From Octopus sinensis (lineage: Eukaryota), in the NCBI RefSeq assembly GCF_006345805.1, contig NW_021824844.1:1-64000 (forward strand): 64,000 nt of DNA. Reading direction: 5' to 3'. Shown here one piece after another: positions 1-42,832 of this stretch. A program made the position numbers and the translations under genes. The notes below the pieces were generated by a model, which was not told where the DNA came from, did not search any database, and was given only the letters and a program-made list of their open reading frames with translations. Each line of letters starts with the position of its first letter. The first letter of the stretch is position 1.

Positions 1-27
1 GATTTGGTAAGAAATTCTGAGTTTTTA

Positions 28-291
28 TTACATAATATTTGTAGTGAAAGGTATCCAAGAGAATAGAACGACCGCCCTAGAGTGAGTAGAGTGAGAGAAG
101 TGGGGGTCAAGGGATTTATAATGAGCAGAGGTGGAAATGAGAGGGCTGACAGTAGTGACTGAGTTATCAAGGAAGGTAACAGAAGTATCAGTGATGGCAG
201 AGGTAAATTGCAGACATGACCGGAAACTATTCTTATAAGAAATGATGGTAGAGTTCAGCCATGGTGTACGAAGTGGCACCAATATAGTCAC
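28..291 (-). mobile_element. Decayed Penelope-like retroelement RT (thumb region) fragment
   Basis: Translation LQFTSAITDTSVTFLDNSV...ISTSAHYKSLDPHFSHS..HSRAVVLFSWIPF resembles the Penelope-type motif series xKFTxExxxxxxxFLD...TSVHYKxTD..YL..SxHP...SIP. Confidence 0.55.
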
Positions 292-791
292 TGTTAATCA
301 TTCAATTCAAGGTTAAGTTCAGTGAAGTGGTAAGAATTTCTGGGCCTCACTATGATACACCAACAGATTGGCATGACTCTGGGCTACCTTAGTACTCATG
401 GCCACACTAGTAGTTTGCTGTAAAGACATGGACAGCCATAAGCATTTGAACTCAGGATCTAAAGAGCTGGAAAAAAAAATGGTGCAAAGCATTTTGTCTG
501 ACATGCTAATGATTCTGCCAGCTCACAACCTTGATAATAATAATAATAGCTTCAAATTTTGGCACAAGGCCAGAAAGTTTTGGGGAGGTGTAAGTTGATT
601 GCATCGAACCCAGTGCTCCACTGGGACTTTATTTTATCAACTGTGGGGGGATGAAAAGCAAAGCCGACCTCAGCAGAATTTGAACTCAGAATGCAAGTAT
701 GGAAGAAATGCTGCTAAACATTTTCCCTGGCATGCTAACGATTCTGCCAGCCTGCTACCTTAATGATGATAATGATAATAATAATAATAAC

Positions 792-844
<53 letters not shown>

Positions 845-1073
845 TAATGGTTTTGAATTTTACCACAAGGGCAGCTATTTTGGGAGAGGGGGATGAGTCA
901 GTTACATCGACACCAGTGTGTAACTGGTATTTAATTTATTGACCCTGAAAGGACGAAAGGCAAAGTCGACCTCGGCGGAATTTGAACTCAGAACGCAGCG
1001 ACAGACGAAATGCCGCGGTGCATTTCGCCTGGTGTGCTAACGACTCTGCCAGCTCACTGCCTCTGATGATAAC

Positions 1074-1120
<47 letters not shown>

Positions 1121-2103
1121 TAATAATAATAATGATAATAATAATAATAATAATAATAACAATAATAATAATAATAGTAACGGAAAAATAATGATAATAA
1201 AAATATCATAGCAACAGCAATAACAATGTCGACAACAATAATAAAAACAATTGTTACAGATATAAATATATATATATATATATGTATGTATATATATATA
1301 AAGACAAAAAGAATCGCGTGCTGTTTATTTGTGTAGAGTAGATATAGGAAAAAAAAAATTAATTACAAATTTTATCAATAGATATGGGAGGAAAAATGTC
1401 AGTGATAATATCGATAATAATGAATTTTTTTTTTGTGTTTTTTTTTTGGATTTTCTTTTGAATTGATCCATAGGTTGCCAAGGGCCGCCGCAAAAATTTA
1501 AATTTTTCAAAGGGTAGAAAAAACGAAAAAAAAAAATTGAATTTTAAAATCAAACCGGTTATATGTGGCCGGTAAATGTAAATTGTATCATTATAACAAC
1601 AGTCCACAAAAGGTAGGAAAAAAAAAAATAAGAAGGAAAATAAAAAGAAAAAAAAAACAGAGAAAAAAAAATTGGTGAAAGGCCAAGTTTGAACCACAAA
1701 CTCCTGCTTTACTCACTATACCACACTACTGCACTGCCACTGCCACCACACACAAATATGGTCACATTTGTTGACTTCATTCAGCTGTAAATTTATTTTA
1801 AAGCAAAATTATCAAAGAGTCATAAAAGGTGCTGCAGGTGAAATATTGCACGGGGGTGGTCATGTGGTTAAGAGGCTTGCTTCCCAAGCGTATGGTCTTC
1901 GGTTCAATCCTACCATGTGGTGCTTTGGGTGGAGTGTTTTCTACAATAGCCCCACCACCACCACCACCACCACCGTTGATGAAAACCTTGTAATTGGATA
2001 CAATATGTATATATATATATATTATATATATATATATGTGTGTATGTGTACATGTATATATATGCATATATATATATACACATATATATATACATTTTTA
2101 TAT

Positions 2104-2142
<39 letters not shown>

Positions 2143-2232
2143 AATTTATGTATATATATATATATTTATGTATATATAGATATATATATATGAATATATG
2201 TATGTATACATATATGTATGTATATATATTCA

Positions 2233-2265
<33 letters not shown>

Positions 2266-3364
2266 TTATGTATGTATGTATATATATTTATGTATGTAGG
2301 TATATATATTGATGTGTATGTATATATATATTTATGGGTATGTATAAACATATGTATATTTATGTATGTGTATATATATGTGTGTATATATGTGTATGTA
2401 TGTGTACATATATATGACTGCATAAAAGACAGGATGGTCATGGGTGGAGTAATGTCCTTTGATCACAGGGCTGCTGGATCAGGAAATAATTACTTTGGGC
2501 TAAACACCATCATCATCATCATCATCATCGTTATATATACATGCACACACTCAGACAAACAGAACACGTGTGATAAGCCTCCAACCCATGAACGACAATG
2601 ACGGAGACCACCACCACCAACACCACCATAGTCACAGTAGTAACACTTAACGGCACCAAACTCCAACAAACTGTGAGGGTGCGAAGAACAATGTGTAAAT
2701 TTGCAGAACCATTTAACCCATGGTAAACATGGAATTGTTGTAACAATCATAACAACAAAAATAAGAACGATGGGGATTAAAAAAAAATACTTTCTTTGTT
2801 CAACCCCTAAAACAATTATTAATATTGGTTTCAAATTTTGGCACAAGGCCAGCAGTTTTTTTTTGTAGGGGGAGGGCTAAGTCAATTAAATTGTCCCAGT
2901 GCTTGACTGGTACTTATTTTAGGGACCCTGAGAGGATGAAAGGGAAAAATGGAAGAGTTGTCACCAAGCATTTTGCCTGCTGTGCTAAGGGTTCCGCCAG
3001 CTCACAGCCTTAACAATAAATAATATTCCAGTAATTTTGGATTCATATTTTGCCACAAGGCCAGCAGTTTCGAAGAAGGGACTAAGTCAATTACATCGAC
3101 CCCCATCCTCCACTCCAGTGCTTGAATGGTACTTATATCATCAACCCTAAAAGGATGAAAGGCAAAGTCAACCTCAGAACGTAAAGACACAAAATGCAAT
3201 TTGCCCCGCATGCTAACAACTCTGCCAGCTCTCCATCTTCTAAAATAGCAAAATAACATTAAAAAGAAACTTCATACGAGTGTGGCCATCTGGCTTCCCA
3301 ACCCTGGTTCTGGGATCAAGTGTCTTCTACTACAGCCCTTGTCTAACCGAAGCCTGGTGAATGG

Positions 3365-3497
3365 ATTTCTCTGTTATTGTCTAGAGGACTGTGATGAACA
3401 AGAGGGGGCTGAGTGCCGATCCTTGGGGAACTCCTACTTGTACACTGAATTCTTCATTGTATGCATTGCCCACCAAATAAGGGATCGGGGAGCCTAC
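3365..3497 (-). mobile_element. RTE-clade LINE RT fragment, internally deleted
   Basis: VGNAYNEEFSVQVGVPQGSALSPLLFITVL; same family as 32676-33480. Confidence 0.8.
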
Positions 3498-4074
3498 ATA
3501 TAAATAAATATATATAAATATAAATATATATATATAATATATATACATACATATAAATATATAGTTATAATTATATACATATAAATACAATATATATAAT
3601 ATTATATACATATAAATACATATATATAATATATATACATATAAATACATATATATATATAAATAAATATATATGCATATAATATATAGACATATATATA
3701 TAATATATATACGTATATATAAAAATATATACATATAAATATATATACATATATATATAAATATATATACGTATATATAAAAATATATACATATAAATAT
3801 ATATTACATATATAAATATATAGACATATATATATATAAATATATATACGTATATAAAAATATATACATATAAATATATATAAATATATATATATATATA
3901 TACAAATATATATACATATATAAAAATATATGTACATATAAATATATATATAAATATATCTATATATATATGAGGCTATAGTAGAAGACACTTGCCCAAG
4001 GTGCCACGCAGTGGGACTGAACCCGGAACCATGTGGTTGGTAAGCAAGCTACTTACCACACAGCCACTCCTGTG

Positions 4075-4113
<39 letters not shown>

Positions 4114-4449
4114 GCAGAAGTAGTGGGGGGGCAAAGGAAGGCCCCTTCACAGCCCGCTTTAACGACCACAGGTCCTCCTTTAACATGCCAGGCAGATGCA
4201 ACCCAACAAGCCCCGCCGAGCACGTTTGTTCTTTGAGTACAGCATAGAGTGGAAGATCCTGGTAAAATGCTAGCAGTACTCCAGCATGGGCACGCTTCGA
4301 TGATTAAAACAAACGATTAAAAAAAAGGATTTCCGTTGTTGTTGTTGTTGTGAAATTTATTTTTGTGTATGTTTAAGACAACCCTTAATCCTGCTTCTCC
4401 CACCAGGAAACATCAGATGTTAAAACATTAGGGCTCCCAGCTCACTCAC

Positions 4450-5094
4450 AGTGGTGGTGGTAGTGGTGGTGGTGAGAGCGGGGATAGTTTTAGTGGTGGT
4501 TATGTCATAGTGCTGGTGCTGGTGGGGTGGAGTGTCAAGGGTCATTGTAGCAGTAGTGGTGGAGGTATTGGTGGAGATGGTTAAAGTGGTGATAATGGTG
4601 GTGGTAGTGGTAGTTGTTGTGGTGGTGGTAGTGGTGGTTGTTGTGGTAGTGGTAGTTGTGGTGGTGATGGTTATACTGGTGATTATGGTAGTTGTTGTGG
4701 TGGTGATAATGGTGGTGGTGGTAGTGGTGGTTGTTGTGGAGGTGGTATTGGTGGTGATGGTCATAGTGGCAGTTGTAGTGGTGGTATTGGTGGTGGTGTT
4801 GGCGGTGGTTGTTGTTGTGGTGGTGGTGGTGATATAGTGGGGCGGTGATGGTAGTGGAGGACGGTGGTGGTGGTGGTGGTGGTGGTGGTGGTGATGGCAG
4901 TGGTACCTGTGGTTGTTGTAGAGGTGTTAGTAAATGGTTGCTGAGTGGTGATGTTGGTTTGTAGCCGTGGCGGTTGAAGTGGTTATGATAGTGCTGGTGG
5001 TGGTAGTGGTGGTCAGTTTTGGTCGCTATTGTCGCTTGACAAGCTGTTGCATCAGCAGTAGTAACAGAGGTGGTAGTCGTGATTGCAGCAGTTA

Positions 5095-5125
<31 letters not shown>

Positions 5126-5315
5126 TGTAGTTTCAGCAGCAGTAGTTGTTGTAGTGGTCACAGCATGAGGTGTAGCAGCAACTGTAGTAGTTGTGTGGTA
5201 GTGGTGGTGATCGCAACAGCAGTTCTTGTGGTTGTAGTAACTGTAACAGTAGCAGCAGTGGTGGTTGTAGTAGTGGTTGTAGTAATGGTGGTAGTGGTGG
5301 TGGGTGGTGGTGGCG
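4450..5315. repeat. (GTG/GTA/GTT)n compound trinucleotide repeat
   Basis: Direct inspection; similar tract at 25640-26300. Confidence 0.95.
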
Positions 5316-6224
5316 TGAACTCAGTGTGAAGGCTCACAACAAAACCATAACGCCTGTTTTTGTCTGTCTAGCGCTCAAACAATTCTGCCCACCCAACCAT
5401 CTTCCTCAACTGGGGGGACGGGGTGGGAGGTTGTGGTGTTGGTGGTGGTGGAGTGGAGGGGGAATTCTTTTATTTTATCAAACTCCAGAAAAAAATGTAA
5501 AAAAAAAAAAGAAAGGAAGAGCTGAGTATGAAAAGTTTGATGCTGCCTATTTGACACTACTGAACAAATGCTGACTTATTTGACATCAGACATTTTCATA
5601 TGATTCTCCCCCTCCACCACACCCTCTCTCTCTCTCTCTGTCTTTTTTTGTTGCGTCCCACTTTCAAGTAGTGTCCAGCTAAATAGCAGGTGAAGTATCA
5701 CAACTGAAAAGACAAAAGGTGTAAATATACTTTATACATTGCAAATTAATGACATCCTTGTGCCTGATGAGATCTCACCAAATTTTCTATATTATGTCAA
5801 GCAACAGGGCAGAGTCTACCTCTACAAAGTTGCTTGACCTGCTAGCAGCAGCAGCACACTACTTATTTCTTATTTTATTTCAACAACCATTACTAACTTT
5901 AACAAGTATAATATATTTACTACTATAGGTAAAATTTAGTATGTCAATTATGTTATCCGGCTGACCCCTAAAGCTTAACATTCCCTTCAATATCACCAGC
6001 ATCACCTTGCAGGGAGGCGGAGTGGTACCACCCATGTTGAGAACCTCTGATCTAAAACCTCAGCCAATCTGATGCCATGCCCCGCCACAAGACACGACTG
6101 AAAAGTTGCTGTCTCCCATAACCTTTTCTCCTTGTCCACCACCAACACCACTACCGCCACCACCACTCCTCACAGTACACACCCCTCTCTTTCTCTCTGT
6201 CCCACTGTGTCCAGTGGCATCCAT

Positions 6225-35337
<29,113 letters not shown>

Positions 35338-35459
35338 CACGTCTTCGTCTTGTTCCTGGTCAAAGTGAGAGTTTCTGTAAGACAGAACAAGACAGAAATA
35401 TTAAATTTCTAAATATCTCAAAGAGATATGTGCGATAGCAGAGCAATAGAGTAGTTGTA

Positions 35460-35792
35460 TAGTCAACTTAATGTGACAGTCTCGTAAGAGAATTACACCA
35501 CCGCTGTTTAGCCCTAGGAAGCATCGATGCTTCCTGTCGGCCTCGACACATTTCCTGTGTCCTTATATATTTACGAAGGGGAGACAAACACCCCCAACAG
35601 CCAGGCCTGCATCTAGATACATGCATGTTTCAGGATCTTATGCAGGCCTAGCTGTTGGGGGTGTTTGTCTCCCCTTCACAAATATATAAGGACACAGGAA
35701 ATGTGTCATGGTCGACAGGAAGCGTCGATGCTTCCTAGGGCTAAACAGCGGTGGTGTAATTCCCTTACGGGACAGTCACGTTAAGTTGACAG
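35460..35792. mobile_element. Fold-back MITE (151-bp inverted arms, 27-nt spacer), Tc1/mariner-like ends
   Basis: Arms 35462-35612 and 35640-35790 differ at about 11 of 151 positions; flanked by TA; ends close to CAGTCAAC...GTTGACTG. Confidence 0.85.
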
Positions 35793-35989
35793 TATAGAAC
35801 CACTCCAGACAAGACAGAACAAAAGGAAAAATGTTAATTTGTGAAACTACGTATGGTGTCACAACATAACACAGCTAAACAATTATGAGCATTACCAGAC
35901 GTTACCCATCACTACACTGCCGGGTAATGACCTAGTCAAGACAATTAGATACTTCTGCAGAAACCTATTACAATCACCATGCGGAAAGT

Positions 35990-36312
35990 GTAACCTCTTG
36001 AAAGAGCTGTTCTTCACTGCTGCTCCAGAGCATCGGCTGCGGGGTCACTCCGAAAAGCTCTATCTGCGATGATTTCATCTCAATCGAAGGAGAGGGGCTT
36101 TCTCCGTCCAGGTTGCGGATCTGTGGAATAAGCTGCCGGACAAGATAGTAAAGATGCCGACGACCGCTCGGTTCAAAGTCTCTCTTGACCAGAAATGGCC
36201 TGAACTCTTTGCATGAACACCCACCTTGTACATAACTCGATGTCCCCCTACATGGCCTTGCTTTTGCATTTTGAGCCAAAAAATTAACTTAATTTAACTT
36301 AACTTAACTTAG
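35990..36312 (+). mobile_element. CR1-type LINE 3' end, same family as 16310-17420, opposite orientation
   Basis: KELFFTAAPEHRLRGHSEKL...AFSVQVADLWNKLPDKIVK...; (AACTT)n tail. Confidence 0.88.
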
Positions 36313-36444
36313 ATACAGTCGACAATTTGTTTTCTTTTTAAATTCTATATTTCATACACTTTCTCTCTCTCTCTCTTTCACTGTATTTCTCATTAAGCTA
36401 GTGTTAGGAACATAAATTGTGACTAAGGTTTGGTGGAAGATTTT

Positions 36445-37470
36445 AATTAAATCGACCCCGAAAGGATGAAAGGCAAAGTAGTCCTCGGTGGAATTTGAAC
36501 TCAGAACATAACGGCAGACGAAATACCTATTTCTTTACAACCCACAAGGGGCTAAACATAGAGAGGACAAACAAGGACAGACAAAGAGGTTAAGTCGATT
36601 ACATCAACCCCAGTGCGTAACTGATACTTATTTAATCAACCTTGAAAGGATGAAAGGCAAAGTCGACCTCGGTGAATTTGAACTCAGAACGTAGCGGCAG
36701 ACTAAATACCTATTTCTTTACTACCTTAAAGGGGCTAAACACAGAGGGGACAAACAAGGACAGATGAACGGATTAAGTCAATTACATTGACCCCAGTGCA
36801 TAACTGGTACTTATTTAATCGACCCCGAAAGAATGAAAGGCAAAGTCGACCTCGGCGGAATTTGAACTCAGAACGTAACAGCAGACGAAATACCTATTTC
36901 TTTACAACCCACAAGGGGCTAAACACAGAGGGGACAAACAAGGACAGACAAAGGGGTTAAGTCGATTACATCAACCCCAGTGTGTAACTGATACTTATTT
37001 AATCGACCCCGAAAGGATGAAAGGCAAAGTCGACCTCGGCGGAATTTGAACTCAGAACGTAGCGGCAGACGAAATACCTATTTCTTTACTACCCACAAGG
37101 GGCTAAACACAGAGGGGACAAACAAGGACAGACAAAGGGGTTAAGTCGATTACATCAACCCCAGTGTGTAACTGATACTTATTTAATCGATCCCGAAAGG
37201 ATGAAAGGCAAAGTCGACCTCGGCGGAATTTGAACTCAGAACGTAGCGGCAGACGAAATACCTATTTCTTTACTACCCACAAGAGGCTAAACACAGAGGG
37301 GACAAACAAGGACAGACAAAGGGGTTAAGTCGATTACATCAACCCCAGTGTGTAACTGATACTTATTTAATCGACCCCGAAAGGATGAAAGGCAAAGTCG
37401 ACCTCGGCGGAATTTGAACTCAGAACATAATGGTAGACGAAATACCGATAAGCATTTCGCCCAGCGTACT
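36445..37470 (-). repeat. Head-to-tail array of ~184-bp SINE family B bodies (about 5.5 units)
   Basis: GACCCCGAAAG-type anchor at about 36454, 36640, 36820, 37005, 37188, 37374. Confidence 0.92.
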
Positions 37471-37739
37471 ACATTTCTACCATCTTGCTTCTTTCAGTTT
37501 CTCTCTACCAAATCTACTCACAAAGCTTATAGCAGGGTTAGGGTTAGCGGAAGGGACTTGACCAAGGTGGTGACCTACGTTGGAATTGAACCTGAAAACC
37601 AGTAATCGGGAAGCACACTTCTTCAACATGTGGCCACATGTTAATAAATATAACCAGACAGCTACATGTTACGAAACAATAAACAAGAGATGAATATGGA
37701 GGTTTTATAGATTGTTTCCGGGTTTATTCAAATGCACAC

Positions 37740-39070
37740 ACAGACCCCCCCCCCCCACACACACACATACACATACATATACCTACAGATACAAAAACAC
37801 ACACACATGTACACATATACACATACAACAACGAACCTACACGTACAAGCATTCACTTACACCCACACAGGTATATATACACACATGTACACACATACAC
37901 ACACAAAATCGAACCCACACATATACAAACACCTACACACACACAGACACACAGGTGTATATACCTGCACATACACACATATGTCCATACTAACACATAT
38001 ACACACGTACACACATACACAAAAAAAAAACCAACCTACACATACAAACACACTTGCACACACACAGGTATATATACACACATGTACACACATATGTCCA
38101 TACTAACACATATACACACGTATACACATACAAAAACGAACCTACACATACAAACACATACACACAAGTATATATACACACATGTACACACATATGTCCA
38201 TACTAACACATATACACACGTATACACATACAAAAACGAACCTACACATACAAACACATACACACAAGTATATATACACACATGTACACACATATGTCCA
38301 TACTAACACATATACACACGTATACACATACAAAAACGAACCTACACATACAAACACATACACACAAGTATATATACACACAAGTATATATACACACATG
38401 TACACACATATGTCCATACTAACACAAAAATGAACCTACACATACAAACACACTTGTACACACACACACAAACACATACACACACACACATAGATATATA
38501 TACACGCATGAACACACATATGTCCATACTAACACATATACACACGTACACACATACACAAAAAAAAAACCAACCTACACATACAAACACACTTGTACAC
38601 ACACAGACACATACACACAAGTATATATACACACATGTACACCCATATGTCCATACTAACACATATACACATGTACACACACACAAAAACAAAAATTAAC
38701 CTAAAAAAACAAACACACTTGCACACACACACACACACACAAACATACACACACACAGGTATATATACACGCATATACACACATACACAAACAAAATCGA
38801 ACCTACACATGCAAACACACTTGCACACACACAGACACATACACATATACACACACGCATAGGTATATATAGATGCCCATACACACATGTCCATACAAAC
38901 ACATATACACACATAAACACACACAGTACACACACACACACAGAGGTATATATACACGCACGTACACACATATGTCCATACTAACACATATACACACACT
39001 CAAACACATAAACACACACAGTATACACACACACATACACCCCACCCCACACATACACCCAGACACACCC
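37740..39070. repeat. AC-rich satellite with ~100-bp higher-order unit
   Basis: Exact 100-bp period at 38081/38181/38281. Confidence 0.9.
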
Positions 39071-39239
39071 ACACATTGCTGAATAGCTCCATTGTCAACC
39101 TAATGTTTACAACTTGTCTCCACAATATCAAGCGATAATTTATTTGTTTTGCTGAAACAAAAGAAGCCTTGATGTTAAGAACAGAACACAAATAAATCTA
39201 TATTCAAGCATCCTGTATCGTTATTATCATTATTATTAC

Positions 39240-39273
<34 letters not shown>

Positions 39274-40839
39274 TTTATTATTGTTGTTGTTATTGAGTGA
39301 GAGAGCAGTGCATGCCATTAAAGTGACACTGGGGTACAAATATACAAAGCCCAGTATACCCATCATGACTACCCGTCTGATAAGGGTACACCAGGCACAT
39401 GCATTGCAACCATATGTGTGCGACATGGTGATCTCATATCAAGATAAACAGCACATGACCTTGCAGGTGGGGCCCAGTTAGAATTTTCTTCAGGTCGAGT
39501 AGCCCATCCCACTCAAAAGGTCCCTGAATAAGGGTTGTTTAAGGATGTTGAATGAAACACCCATGTTTCCAGAGGTGAATTATCCAAGCCTCCAAGAATC
39601 CCTCTCAACACATGGCTATGATGCTCCCCCACTACTTCTGCTCGTGATCAGAGATGCACATATCGTCAGCCACTAAGGGACATGGCCAACTGGTTAAGGT
39701 CAAACAACTGACAAGCAAATCTGTGGTATTGAGCAGAATATTTGCTGTAGCCCATCTTTTATACCAAGACAAAACAATGTACATGATAACACTTCCAATC
39801 AGTTAGGATGAGTAGCCATGAGAGCCACTGCCTGGTACTGCATCAGGGCATTTATTGTGATTATTATTATTATTATTATTATTATTATTGAATGAGAGAG
39901 CAGTGTATGCCATCAAAGTGGCATTGGGGTAAAATATACAAAGCCCAGTATACCCATCATGACTACCCATCTGATAAGGGTACACCAGGCACATGCATCA
40001 CAACCATATGTGCGCAACATGGTGATCTCATATCAAGATTAACAGTGCATGACCTTGCAGGTTAGAATTCTTCAGGTTGAGTAACCCATCCCGCTCAAAA
40101 GGTCCCTGAATAAGGGTTGTTTAAGGATGTAGAACAGACATAAAGGATGGTTGAAAGCTATCTTCAGCTGCATGCAATATATATATATATATATATAGGT
40201 AGGTCCCGGGTTGAGTCGGGGTTAACCACAGTAAATAAGGTACTCAATACATAGCAGAGTAAATTAATTTATTTTATAGAAGGAGCTTCTACAGGACTAG
40301 AACTGTTTCATTCAAATGCCTATATATAGGCATAGGAGTGGCTGTGTGGTAAGTAGCTTGCTTACCAACCACATGGTTCCGGTTCAGTCCACTGCGTGGC
40401 ATCTTGGGCAAGTGTCTTCTACTATAGCCTCGGGCCAACCAAAGCCTTGTGAGTGGATTTGGTAGATGGAAACTGAAAGAAGCCCGTCGTATATATATAT
40501 ATATATATAATATATATATATATATATTATATATATGTATATATATATATATATAATAATATATAAAATATATATATATGTATGTGTGGTTTGTTTGTGT
40601 GTCGGTGTTTGTCCCCCTAGCATTGCTTGACTTGACAACCGATGCTGGTGTGTTTACGTCCCCGTAACTTAGCGGTTCGGTAAAAGAGACTGATAGAATA
40701 AGTACTAGGCTTACAAAGAATAAGTCCCGGGGTCGATTTGCTCGACTAAAGGCTGTGCTCCAGCACGGCCGCAGTCAAATGACTGAAACAAGTAAAAGAG
40801 TAAAAGAGATATACATACATATATATGCCCCCATATATA

Positions 40840-41245
40840 TCTTTATATATAAAACTGAAGTTGTGTGCTGTCTGTCTCCTACGATTTAGATTCCTAACTA
40901 CTCCCACATTTTGCGGTGCAGTTTAACCAAAACCGGGTATCTTATAGTCGTGATTCATATCGAGCCCTTCTGGATATTAGCGCGCGTCTACGATGAGTCT
41001 ACGATTTTAAAAATAATTTACCATCATTTTTTTCCATTTTAATGCATTTTTTTCGCTATTATATAAGGGAAGTACTCTCTAAAAATGTCTACGATGATCA
41101 ACGATTAAAAAAAAAAATTACCATAATTTTTTTTCCATTTTAATGCATTTTTTTTGCTATTTTTTTGCTATAACTCTCTAAAAATGTTATATAGTGTTAT
41201 TTCCCTTCCCTTACAAACCCGAGCAACGCCGGGCGATACTGCTAG
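40840..41245 (+). mobile_element. Non-autonomous Helitron (same family as 29404-29699)
   Basis: A|TCTTTATATAT ... CCCGAGCAACGCCGGGCGATACTG-CTAG|T. Confidence 0.88.
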
Positions 41246-41459
41246 TTATATATATATATATATGCGTGTGTGTGCTTGTGTGTCTGTGTTTGTCCCCCTA
41301 GCATTGCTTGACAACCGATGCTGTTGTGTTTACGTCCCCATAACTTAGCGGTTCGGTAAAAGAGACTGATAGAATAAGTACTAGGCTTACAAAGAATAAG
41401 TCCCGGGGTCGATTTGCTCGACCAATGGCGGTGCTCCAGCATGGCCGCAGACGCAGAGA

Positions 41460-42546
41460 GATATGTCTAGAGAGAAGGAAGGAGGAGGAGAGGGAGAAAG
41501 AGAGAGACCTAGTATATACGTGCTTGTACGAAGATCGTCAGATATAGTAAAAAAATAAATAAAAAAGAGAGAAGAGAGAGAGAGAGGATGGAGGGAGGGA
41601 AATGGCGAGACAGAGTAAGAGAGAGAGAAAGAGGGAAAGGGACGTGAGAGAGAGGAGAGAGAGAGAGAGAGGATGGATGGAGGGAAACGGCGAGAGAGAG
41701 TAAGAGAGAAAGAAAGAGGGAAAGGGAGGTGAGAGAGAGAGAGAGAGAGAGAGGAGAGAGGAATGGATGGAGGGGAAACGGCGAGAGAGAGTAAGAGAGA
41801 AAGAAAGAGGGAAAGGGAGGTGAGAGAGAGAGAGAGAGGATGGATGGAGGGAAACGGCGAGAGAGAGTAAGAGAAAGAAAGAGGGAAAAGGGGGTGAGAG
41901 AGAGAGAGAGAGAGAGATGGATGGGAGGAGGAAAAGGACGAGGGAGGAAACGGGGGGAGAGGAGAGGGAGAGAGGGGGGAGAGAGAGAAAGAGAGAAAGA
42001 AAAGAGGAAAGGGAGGTGCGGATGAGAGAGAGAGAGAGGAGAGAGAGGAAGAGGGGATGGAGGAGGGAAAGGCGAGACAGAGGAAGGGGAGGAGGGAGAG
42101 GCGAGAAGAGTAAAAGAGAGAGAAAGAGGGAAAGGGAAAGGGAGGTGAGAGATAGATAGTGAGAGAGAGAGAGAGAGGAATGGAGGAGGAGTGAGTGCAG
42201 CTGGAAGTGAAGGAGCCAATCTTGTCACACGCACTTCAGACTCTCATCGAGGCTTGTTGATGAAGGCTACAAGTGTCTGCTTGTGAGAATACTTACTTAT
42301 GCAGCCACACTTCACAGCAGGAATATAATAGCGAGGGGGAGGGAGGGAGAGGGAGAGAGGGCGAGAGAGGGAGGGAGGGAGAGAGGCAAGCATGTAAGTG
42401 GGTAGGAGGAGAGTGGGTGGAGATATAACTTAGACAGATAAATAGATTCATACGTACGTACGTAAATGCATGCGTACGTACGTACGTACGTACACTCACT
42501 AGCGAGGAAGATAGCTATGGCAATAGAGAGATAGATAGACAGACAC

Positions 42547-42592
<46 letters not shown>

Positions 42593-42796
42593 GGATGGAT
42601 GGATGGATGGATAGATAGATGGATAGATAGATGGATGGATGGATGGATGGATGGATGGATGGATGGATGGATGGATGGATAGAGATAGATAGATAGATAG
42701 GTAGATAGATAGGTAGATAGATAGATAGATAGATGGATGGATGGATGGATGGATGGATGGATGGATGGATGGATGGATGGATAGATAGACAGATAG

Positions 42797-42832
<36 letters not shown>

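Noticed and set aside
1330-1700. Long A/T homopolymer-rich stretches (also 8700-8980, 9360-9540, 19050-19330) as hypermutation signal
   Set aside because: Cannot be distinguished from AT-rich UTR/intron sequence or long-read homopolymer error without raw reads
5760-5790. CTGATGA at 5764 (and CTGACGA at about 25282 and 39663, CTGAAGA at about 45672)
   Set aside because: No stem II plus GAAA plus NUH arrangement follows
35974-36279. ORFs MAQNAKARPC... and 16236..16592 as a duplicated small gene
   Set aside because: Antisense reading frames of CR1 LINE 3' ends
36445-37470. Regular repeat arrays as possible CRISPR-like or ribozyme arrays (also 30935-32120, 55831-57005)
   Set aside because: No unique spacers, eukaryotic SINE-derived units, and no CUGANGA/GAAA core found
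39075-39152. Possible upstream CaMKK exon (TTTTGTTTCAG acceptor, open frame ending MELFSN)
   Set aside because: Only a weak GTGTGG donor within a repeat, phase incompatible with exon 1, no homology support
42291-42330. Minus-strand GTAAGT donor at 42296 as a 5'UTR exon
   Set aside because: No clear acceptor or start; a hexamer alone is expected by chance
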